From NCBI GenBank assembly GCA_964016885.1, contig OZ024741.1:318246001-318310000 (forward strand): DNA of 64,000 nt, written 5' to 3'. The notes below the pieces were generated by a model. That model worked only from the letters and a program-made list of their open reading frames with translations, was not told where the DNA came from and ran no database searches. Origin of the DNA: Eledone cirrhosa. Its lineage: Eukaryota. The position numbers and the translations under genes were made by a program. Positions 1-9,529 of the stretch are shown one piece after another; position 1 is the first letter of the stretch, and each line of letters starts with the position of its first letter.

Positions 1-39
1 ATATACATATAGATAGATATAACTTAGCCGGATTATTCC

Positions 40-138
40 TAGTCTAGCACACTGCGACTGGCCAAGGTGATGCAGTGTAAGATTGAACCCAGAAGCTGGT
101 GGTTGCAAAAGGAACACCTTAAACAAACAGCCATGCCT
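40..138 (-). mobile_element. tRNA-derived SINE head fragment (family A)
   Basis: Reverse complement reads AGGCATGGCTG...CAACCACC...GGGTTCAATC...CACCTTGGCCA, with Pol III A/B-box-like motifs; related copies at ~19045-19160, 43300-43375, 50640-50720 and 53615-53750. Confidence 0.6.
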
Positions 139-540
139 AGGAGAATTTATTGACTGGCTAGGGAGAGGGAGTCATTTTTTAAAGCAATTATACATTATGT
201 ACTTGTATATGTCACCAGAACAAAATTCCAGACATCAAGGTAATGTAATCTAATTCAACTTTTTGATCTCCTAGGTGAAAAACTTCATTTTTTCAGCTTT
301 TTGAGTCGTTACGTCTAGCCAATTTTCCTGAAATTTCAAGGCATATTATACACATAAAAACAATTCATTTTCTTAATCCCTTTCATTAGGTGAAAACCTG
401 TATTTTTCCTGTTTCATCGAGGAAAATCTTAAACATTATCCAGCCATCAGAGTATTCGGTTTATTTTCTTTACATATTGTCCAGGCATGCAGTTTTTCCA
501 CGATTAGGTCTGTTGGCGGCCCGCGTTCCAAAATACCTTA

Positions 541-570
541 TCCCGTGCAACGCCGGGTACCACTGCTAGT
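541..570 (+). mobile_element. Helitron 3' terminus (hairpin + CTAG|T)
   Basis: CCCGTGCAACGCCGGG GC-rich hairpin followed 8 nt later by CTAGT; nearly the same motif is found on the minus strand at 31411-31439; 5' end not resolved. Confidence 0.65.
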
Positions 571-1482
571 ATAATATAAACAGATGATGACAATATTTAT
601 CATGGAGCCTTGTTATCTTCCGAGGTAAGATCTTAGTCATTCTGTCCTCTGTTGGGACTATAACGCAACATCCACCTGAGGTTTTAACACTTCAGTGAGA
701 CAGAATGACTGAAGGACAGAATCTTTCATTGGTTGATTCATGCTGTTACATATGTATGTCTCCACATACATATATGTGCATGCATACATATAAACATGCA
801 TACACACACATTCGTATGCATTTCTGCACACTTACATTTAACTTACTAAATATCTACAAACCAATAATATAATGTAATATAATAAAATATAATATATTAT
901 TATATTATATATAATATAATGTAATATACAGAACATTTCTTTTCAAAATGCTCTATATATTTATCATGCTGTTTTGTGTTAGTTTATTTCTTTCTTCTTG
1001 TTATCAACAATTGAAATTCGCCAAGTTCAATCAATCCACTGTATCGATTTTCTGCCATTCATTACCCAATACGTACTATGTGCTCTGAACAGCTGGGTTG
1101 TGTTTTAGGAGAGATTCATTTGAATTTATTATATTTTGTTTTGTTTTGCTTGTTGCGTTCATTATGAAGTTAGTAATGATGGATAAGCTATATTTTTCTC
1201 TGGTTCTCTCAACAATAGTTAACATATTTATAAATTATATACAAAGAAAAGAACCGATGTGAAACAGCGGAGTTTTTCTTTGCATACACACACACACACA
1301 TACACACATACACACACGCACACACACACACACACACAAACATACATGCTGACATACACTAACACACATACACACACACACAGACATATATACACACACA
1401 CATATATATGTATATAAATATTTATTATGTAGTTGAAATCACCAGGAAAGGTGCTAATCCAAAGAGGTGGAATTGACCTTTG

Positions 1483-1680
1483 TCGTTCCAGTTGATTAGG
1501 AATAGCCTGCTCGTGAAATTAATCTGAAAGTAGCTGAGTGTTCTCCAGCCATGTGTACCCTTAATCTAATTCTCAGGGAGATTCTGGAACTCTCTTATTT
1601 ATTCCAGCTAAATGAACTGGAACAACCTGAAATATAGTGTCTTACTTGAGGATACAACGTTCTGGTGGGAATACAAGGCG
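1483..1680 (-). mobile_element. SINE family B fragment
   Basis: Matches 22218-22536 (GCCTGCTCGTGAAATTAA...TTCTCAGGGAGATTC...TGGAACAAC-TGAAAT). Confidence 0.7.
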
Positions 1681-2129
1681 TAGGAGGTTGTTGACCTCGA
1701 TTCAATAACTATAGGCAACATGTTGTTTAAATATGTTAATTCTTTCGTGTAATTTGTTATTTATTACAACTCATATTCGATTTCTTGCAAATTATAATAC
1801 ATACAAACAATATGGGACATATAAAGAAGCTTCCATTAACATACACAGACATAGAAAGACGCCCACATATGCACACACTCACATATACATATATTCATTT
1901 ATGTATATATATGCATGTGGAGTAGGGGTGCATACAATTAATCTAATTTGTTTTCTTTTCGATTCACTCCATCTTATTAGCTCAAGCAACTGTTAACCCC
2001 GCTATATATAATAAATTCAACTCTGCCACAATAATTATGGAGTCCCCACATCAGTAAATATCTTGTTATTTATATACCTATAAATCTAAAAACCAATACA
2101 CACACATATAAGTCCAGCAGTTGCAAGCG

Positions 2130-2290
2130 TGGGGGGTATCGCCCTCACGAAGACTAGTAAAGTCTGAAATGCATCGACAATTGTCCCTCTTGCTTCTGCT
2201 GGACACCACCAGAGGGCGTTAACCCCGGTGTTTTTTGCATAGCTACGGCTTCCTAAATGTTCACTCTGTAGACATACCGTATTTCCTTGG
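2130..2290 (+). mobile_element. Decayed PLE pseudo-LTR with degenerate minimal hammerhead
   Basis: CTCACGA-agact-agtaa-agtct-GAAA-tgca-TC: hammerhead layout with palindromic stem III and one core mismatch. Confidence 0.35.
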
Positions 2291-2343
2291 AAATACGAAA
2301 TTTCTATACATATCTGTATACAGCTATTCTTGAAACTAAATCA

Positions 2344-2406
<63 letters not shown>

Positions 2407-2407
2407 T

Positions 2408-2592
2408 TTTGTTCAATGTGCTCTACCCTTGGTGGTAGGGTCCGTACCGTAGATAGAACTCAATGTAATCTTATGTCGAGTAATCCTAATATATATATAC
2501 ATATAAATATAATTTCATATAGAAGTGATTTCTACAGGGCTGGGACTATTTCATTCGTCTGAAATCTGCAGGAATGTGGTTTCTTTCCATTC

Positions 2593-2596
<4 letters not shown>
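2408..2596 (-). mobile_element. PLE pseudo-LTR fragment with mutated hammerhead (same family as 41263-41470)
   Basis: Minus strand attcCTGCAGAtttcagacgaatGAAAtagtcccagccctGTAgaa parallels the 41336-41388 motif; bounded by (TA)n on both sides. Confidence 0.55.
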
Positions 2597-2678
<82 letters not shown>

Positions 2679-2679
2679 G

Positions 2680-2719
<40 letters not shown>

Positions 2720-2796
2720 GTATAATATGACATGCAAGAATAGAAATGGAATATAGTTCAGAAGTCAGTATTTGAATTCAATATGTAAAGTCTTAC

Positions 2797-2834
2797 CTGT
2801 GTAGTTAAATGGGCAATCACAGTTATAATTGTTA
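2797..2834 (-). CDS. Candidate 38-nt host exon encoding an EGF-like C-terminal half (NNYNCDCPFNYTG)
   Basis: Minus strand ttttgtcatattcag|T AAC AAT TAT AAC TGT GAT TGC CCA TTT AAC TAC ACA G|gtaaga; Y-x-C-x-C-x-x-x-Y-T-G pattern with a phase-1 donor; no partner exons identified. Confidence 0.4.
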
Positions 2835-2979
2835 CTGAATATGACAAAAATTGTTGATGGTACTTACCTACAAGAAAATAGAAATAGTAAAATTGTTCAA
2901 ACTTATAGCAATGTAAAATTCAATATTTTTAGTAGGAAAAGTACGAATATGTATATACACATACACAATTAAGTATATA

Positions 2980-3458
2980 TATTTGTTTTGCAAGGTTTTT
3001 TATATGAAATCGTGTGTCGAAACAAATATTGTTATACTTGGAGAGGGTCATATTGTTGTAATAATCTTGCCAGTAATAATAAATTGTTGTAATAATATTG
3101 TTCACGAACACGCCAGACAAAGACATGACGATAATATAGACAACATAGAAATTAGAATAATATCTAAACATAGAAATGACTCAACAGGAAGGCAAATCAG
3201 AGAAGCAACTGAGATAGAGCTTAGAAGACCAAAGTTAAACAGGAAAAATAAATAGAATAAAAACAACCATACCCAAACAAACAATACTGACTTAAATAAA
3301 TACACAAGTACAACAACAACGAATACATATAAACACACACTAGTAAGTAAAGAGAAAATACAAAAACAAAAATACATACACTCAAACGCGAAACAGTGAG
3401 TGTGTTATGTTATTATTTCTGGCAATATTATTACAACAATATGACCCTCCCCAAGTAT

Positions 3459-3461
<3 letters not shown>
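2980..3461 (+). mobile_element. 5'-truncated Penelope-like element, GIY-YIG C-terminal remnant with short inverted terminus
   Basis: EHARQRHDDNIDNIEIRIISKHRNDSTGRQIREATEIELRRPKLNRK is homologous to the 43720-44316 ORF; gttatacttggagagggtcatattgttg (~3031) is inverted relative to the end at ~3433-3461. Confidence 0.8.
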
Positions 3462-3528
<67 letters not shown>

Positions 3529-3680
3529 AAGAACAAAACAAGGTCTCACATTAAGATTTTTATTGATTATAATCAATAAAAATTGTGCATAATTATGCAC
3601 AATTACGACCGTTTTACAAATGGGTTGCTTTCGATCCATGTTAGTGTTATGAACCTGACTCCAGCCCAGTCTGCTCATCA

Positions 3681-3756
<76 letters not shown>

Positions 3757-3841
3757 CTGAAGTAAAAGTTAAGTGGAAATATCCAAGAGTAAGAGCTCTC
3801 AGTCAATAGGACGAGTTTAGTATAAAGAATTACACAGTATC

Positions 3842-3990
3842 ATAAACAGGCACTCAAGTTTCGTTGGGTTCTGGGCCCTAATTCATTCAGCCTATATTTG
3901 GTTTTATTTTTCTCATGACAGGCTGAATGAATTGGGACCCAGAACCCAACGAAACTTGAGTGCCTGTTTGTGTCACTGTTGTAATTATTT
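3842..3990. mobile_element. Mini palindrome of inverted PLE pseudo-LTRs with hammerhead-like motif
   Basis: 3845-3892 is the reverse complement of ~3920-3969; plus copy caggCTGAATGAattggg-acccagaa-cccaacGAAActtgagtgcctg. Confidence 0.6.
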
Positions 3991-4002
3991 ATATATATAT
4001 AT

Positions 4003-4078
<76 letters not shown>

Positions 4079-4479
4079 ATGTGCACTTACACAAGAGGAT
4101 AGGATTAGATAAAGTGAGAGAAGGAGGGTAGCGAAAACAATTGTTTGACTAACAAGTAAGATTGCAATAGTTCAGTGATTTCTATGATTTTTCTTCTATT
4201 TAAAGGAATCTCCCACGAACCTCCACACCAATTACTCCGCTCCATGATTGTTATACAATACTAAAAATAAAAAAAACTATTTATACGGAGAGTAGAATAT
4301 ATACTCATTAGTATGTGTCTTTTACAAAGTACTGGAAATTATTATACGATGAGAATAACAATCAAAAGAGCGAAATGTTTATCCTAGTAGAATGAATATC
4401 TAATAGTGTGTGTATATTATGTCTTTTGTTATGAAATTGTATGTGTATATATATATATATATATATATACATAAGGGCG

Positions 4480-5891
4480 GAAAAACTCATACAGTAGTAT
4501 GTATATATATACATACATGCACACATATATATATATATATATGCACGTATCGGTTTACCGAACATTTATTATAATGCTCTTATTATACATACTACTGTAC
4601 GTCTGTATACACATATGTATGTACGTATACATACATACTTACATTTAAGTAAGTGCCGTACTAAGAGTGAAAAATGAAATTTCGTTTCATTTTATTCCAT
4701 TTAAATAAATATATATATATATATATAAAATTAGAATTGGTGCTCTGAAATAGCGATATATATATGAATGTATATATAGTGTATTTTGCAATACACTGTA
4801 TGCTTAACTAAAAGCATTTTGAAGACCATGCGCTATTGTTTTAAAGTAGTGACATTGTCGCTTACTTAAATTTTCGGTAGACAGGGGGAGATAAGTTGAC
4901 AGCACTGTTTCGTACTTTTTGGTACTTGTCAAAACTCACTATTCTCCCTGTCTGCCGAAAATTATGTGTGTTGGATTCTTATAGAATTCCAGTAACAACC
5001 AGGAACTGATTATACAGAGCGGTCGCCGGCCCAGTAGAAATTGAAAATTAGAATTGGTGCTCTGAAATAGCGATATATATATGAATGTATATATAGTGTA
5101 TTTTGCAATACATTGTATTTCAGAGCACCAATTCTAATTTTCAATTTCTACTGGGCCGGCGACCGCTCTGTAAAATCAGTTCCTGGTTGTTACTGGAATT
5201 CTATAAGAATCCAACACACATAATTTTCGGCAGACAGGGAGAGTAGTGAGTTTTGATAAGTACCAAAAAGTACGAAACAGAGCTGTCAACTTATCTCCCC
5301 CTGTTTGCCGAAAATTTAAGTAAGCGACAATGTCGCTACTTTAAAACAATAGCGATTGGTCTTTAAAATGCTTTTAATTAAGCATACAGTGTATTTCAAA
5401 GTACACACTATATATATATATAGCCGTACTAAAAGTGGGAAATGAAATTTCGTTTCATTTTTTCCGTTTATCGTTTTCGGTGCACCCGGCCGATTAACCC
5501 ACTCGATATTCAAATTGGGCTACTCAGCCGTTAATATGCATAAGGTAAGTATATACGTTCAACACTCTGGCAGGAAGATATACGTTGCTAACGATAGTTA
5601 ATAAGCTTGAAACTAGTACAGCGTTCCTTTGTCAGTGTTGAACAAACGAGCAACGATGGTTGCTAGACACTACGGCTTAATACGGGATGTTTGTTTACAA
5701 ACACACCGAGCATTATAATAAATGTTCGGTGAATCCATACGTACATATATATATATGTGTTCATGTATGTATATATATATACATACTACTGTACGTCTGT
5801 ATACATATATATATATATGTACGTGTACATACTTATATTTAAGTAACAGCCGTACTAAGAGTGGGAAATGAAATTTCGTTTTATTTTTTCC

Positions 5892-5897
<6 letters not shown>
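4480..5897. mobile_element. Nested PLE-type direct/inverted repeat complex
   Basis: GCCGTACTAA(G/A)AGTG..AAATGAAATTTCGTTT occurs three times in direct orientation (~4655, 5423, 5849); 4550-4580 is inverted at 5708-5735; an inner ~330-bp palindrome spans 4770-5070/5117-5412. Confidence 0.65.
5247..5293 (+). ncRNA. Type I hammerhead ribozyme, U3-A8 core variant
   Basis: tgagtt-TTGATAA-gtac-caaaaa-gtac-GAAA-cag-ag-ctg-TC-aactta; predicted cleavage after GUC at 5287; long outer stem 5222-5239/5298-5316; second copy on minus strand at ~4894-4940 with core TTGACAA. Confidence 0.7.
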
Positions 5898-5927
<30 letters not shown>

Positions 5928-5959
5928 TCATCATCATCAGTTTTCTCCACAATCATTAG

Positions 5960-6350
5960 ATGTGTCCGTGAAACATATACATATACACCAGGTCCAAATA
6001 CAAAGGAACCAAACTCCCACTGCCACTGCCTCCGTCTCTCCCAGAAAGAGAATAACAACCAGTTCAACAGAAAAGAGAAATGTTTTTAGAGTAGAATTGA
6101 CACTCGATAGAGTGAGTATATTATGTTTAACCTCGCGAGCTGGAGTGGCTCTTCCAGTGCGTCTCCCTCACCATCCTCCGCGGAAACGCCTTCTCTATTC
6201 TGTTCGCCGGGGTCGCGGGGTAGCCAGCGCGTGGGCCTCCATTTGCTCATTATAATGAGAGACGGGGAGAGCGGGAGAGACGGAGGCAGTGACAGTGGGA
6301 GTTGGTTCCTTTGTGTTTGGACCTGGTGTATATGTATGAGTTTCACAAAC
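5960..6350 (-). repeat. Dispersed repeat with ~80-bp inverted ends (probable retroelement fragment)
   Basis: 5968-6042 is inverted at 6274-6347; the interior 6150-6300 is homologous (reverse) to 28900-29050. Confidence 0.5.
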
Positions 6351-6863
6351 ATACACTCACACTGAGGCTCTACCTGCTTATCTTTCTATCTATCTAATAC
6401 TAAGTACGTGTAAGTTTGAGAACAGCTGGAATATACATACAATATTCATAACAAACACTGTTTCATTCCTATATTACATTAAACAATGTTAAAACCTTGT
6501 AAAGTACCGATATGTTATGCATGCTGTATTACAATGAGCTCACAGGTCACAGTGTATCAATAAAGTAGCTTTAGTAACTTTATATCAATGAATATTTCCC
6601 AAATGATTAATCTATTCTCTTTATTTGTTGATGGTAATTATGTAATTTAATATTTTAGCATCATCACACTTGTTATTAATTAACTAATTAATAAATTATT
6701 TTCAATGTATATATTTGTTATATATTTTTGTTCCGTTTCTATCTCGGTTAATATTTAATAACTTTAATATATTTACATCTCTCTGGGGAGGTATTTAGGT
6801 GCCTTGTCACTGCTAAAGCGAATTCTAATATTTAATATTGTATCTTTTATAGCACCAGCGCTT

Positions 6864-6920
<57 letters not shown>

Positions 6921-7068
6921 GAGAAGTTGACGGGACTAGCATAAGTTTCCCTGCTAGTACCATTAGCATCGCAGTGAACTCAATAAGTAAGGGTATGTAA
7001 AAATCGCAGAGGAGACGCAAAGTTAATTGCTTTAATACAACACACGTAAATGAGTACCATAAATCTAT

Positions 7069-7181
7069 ACCCGTACTCGAGTTTCGGCTATACTTAATAC
7101 AGCAAGAGAGCGTACAGCATCTACTGTCAGCTTTTATTATGCAACAATGCAAAATCGACGCATGTGGTTTCATCAGCGGGT
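7069..7181 (-). ncRNA. Hammerhead-like motif with ~85-nt stem II insert in a (TA)n-flanked PLE fragment
   Basis: Minus strand acccg-CTGATGA-(insert)-GAAA-ctcgag-TA-cgggt: perfect 5-bp stem I, palindromic stem III, GUA site; base of stem II pairs poorly. Confidence 0.5.
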
Positions 7182-7269
7182 CTCACCTAGTCAATAACCA
7201 ATCGAACGACAGAATTCAATTCCAGTCCGTGCCACCTATGGGGGTGAATGCGACACACACAGACGCACA

Positions 7270-7465
7270 CACATATATATATATACATATATATATATAT
7301 GTATATATATATAATTATATATATATATATAATTATATATATATATATAATTATATATACATATATATATATATGTATATATATATAATTATATATACAT
7401 ATATATATATATGTATATATATATAATTATATATATATATATAATTATATATATATATATATAAT

Positions 7466-7496
<31 letters not shown>

Positions 7497-7633
7497 ATAA
7501 TTATATATACATATATATATATATGTATATATATATAATTATATATATATATATAATTATATATATATGTATATATATATAATTATATATATATATATAA
7601 TTATATATATATATATAATTATATATATATATA
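7270..7633. repeat. (TA)n/TAATTA compound microsatellite
   Basis: Runs of TA interrupted by TAATTA; same texture resumes at 13141-13423 and 17299-18325. Confidence 0.95.
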
Positions 7634-7859
7634 TGTAGTAAGACGCCTCACGCTCTTTGATAGAACAACGCCGGTTGAGAACGCCAGAAAGAAAAGACAG
7701 ACAGCCACTGGAAAGCCGACTGATCACACGCCAGATACCAGCCTCTGTACAACACCATTGTTTGTGCTATAACAAAAAATAAACGTATATTTCCTCTCTA
7801 ATTTCTGCTGTTATTATGTCACTTGCATCTCGATAACATCTACAACTAATACTGCTAAA
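7634..7859 (+). repeat. 5' LTR
   Basis: TGTAGTAAGACGCC...TACTGCTAAA; contains AATAAA; one mismatch versus the 3' LTR (gctat/gctac). Confidence 0.96.
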
Positions 7860-7860
7860 G

Positions 7861-7873
7861 TGGTGACCGACGT
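7861..7873 (+). promoter_or_regulatory. Primer binding site, tRNA-Trp-like
   Basis: TGGTGACCGACGT lies 1 nt after the LTR; the canonical tRNA-Trp PBS is TGGTGACCCCGACGT, so 2 C are missing. Confidence 0.75.
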
Positions 7874-8749
7874 AAGAATTTAACGTAGCCCTTCTTTTTC
7901 ATCAATTGAACTTTTATTGCCACATTGTCGGCCTTTTTTTTCGCAACTTGTGAAAATAAAAAATATTCCTTTTAAAATTATCGAAAAGTTAGTAGTATTT
8001 CAAAAGACTTTTTGCTACACTCGAGAACAACAACGACAGCAGCATCAGCGACAACATTGTTTAACCACTGACCAAAACAGGGAATAGTGAGTGGCAGCTT
8101 CATAGCCTTACCGACGCAAACCACCACACATCGGAAATATCAAAACGATTCATTCGTGTCGATAATTTAGAGCAACTTTTTTTTATTCACTTGCATATTC
8201 CATTTCCGTTGCCAACTTTTTCGCAACTTACAGAAGAAAAAAGAAAAAAGTGTATTTTTCCAAGGTGGCGTTGCGTTCCTTCCCAGTTTTGTAACGGACA
8301 CATATTTTGAATTGCGTGTGTGTTCCATGACTGATCAAGAGAGAAGAGACTAAACTTGTTTTTGTGAACATAACTGCCCCGCATGGGGATATACATGCCT
8401 TACCTTTTTCTAAGGGATTTTTAGCCACTGGCTACCTTTGTTGATATCGAACGCGGATATATTTAAAAAAAAAAACAAACATTTTTTTTCTTCCTCTTTT
8501 TTACCTTATTTGATTTGGCTGGTTCGTTGAAGCAACGCGAGGGGACAGACGTTGAAAGAATAATTTTTTTTTAAAAGATATATATCTGTATTTTATGTAT
8601 TTTGCATATTTCCTTGTTTTGAATGTCTGTTTCTTTTTGCCCTTTAACTTTTTCTCAATATTGGCTGTTCTCTTTTCACTGTACAAGGGTGCATTAATTG
8701 CTCTTTCGATATATAGGTATATATATTTGTTTTAATTTTAAAAGTTGAC

Positions 8750-9529
8750 ATGAATGTACCACATTTGCCCGCCTTTACTGGAAAACCTAAGATGTGGTTT
8801 GCCCAGTTACAGGCGTATTTTACGGTCTGTAAGACCGAATCTGACCAGCGCCTCGCTGTACTGATTAGCGGCCTTCCCCCTAATCTAGCAGATTCGGTCC
8901 AAGACCTAATTACAGACCCCCCCCCCTCTGACTTGACGTATGAGTTTTTGAAGGGCGAGATTTTGAGGAGGAATTGTAAGTCGGTAGAGAGTCGTTTTCG
9001 GTCACTGATCGAGGACGAACGATTAGGTGACAGGACCCCTACCGCTTTTCTCCGGCATTTGCGGGATTTGAGCGATTCCCAAGATCAGGATAGCCCTTTC
9101 CTGAAGCAATTGTTCTTCTCTCGCCTACCTCAAGAGGTACAGGCGATCCTAGCCCATATGCTAGAGGTGAATACCCTGGATCACATTGCTGTCTCTGCTG
9201 ACAAAATTGTAGAGGTGACGAAGAGAGACACTTCGAAGCCAAAGTACGTTGCTTCCTCTTCTCTTCCTCAATCACGCTCATCAGCGTCTGATGACAAATT
9301 AATCACCACTATGGAAGCCATGACTCGTCAAATGGCGGAGTTGTGCACGGAATTCAGGTCCTTTGGACGGCAGAGGAGCCGCTCACGACGTTATTCAACT
9401 TCTCGCCACCGTAGCCCTTTCAACACACCAGGAACAACATATTGTTATTACCATGAAAGATATGGTAAAAAAGCCGCCCGTTGTAGGCCTCCTTCTGCTT
9501 ACGAGGGAAAAGACGACCAGAGTCACTAA
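8750..9529 (+). CDS. gag: Retrotransposon Gag (259 aa)
   Basis: WFAQLQAYF and LGDRTP motifs, RS-rich tract, C-terminal CYYH-x9-C-x3-S (CHCC motif with last Cys as Ser). Confidence 0.9.
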   Translation: MNVPHLPAFTGKPKMWFAQLQAYFTVCKTESDQRLAVLISGLPPNLADSVQDLITDPPPSDLTYEFLKGEILRRNCKSVESRFRSLIEDERLGDRTPTAFLRHLRDLSDSQDQDSPFLKQLFFSRLPQEVQAILAHMLEVNTLDHIAVSADKIVEVTKRDTSKPKYVASSSLPQSRSSASDDKLITTMEAMTRQMAELCTEFRSFGRQRSRSRRYSTSRHRSPFNTPGTTYCYYHERYGKKAARCRPPSAYEGKDDQSH

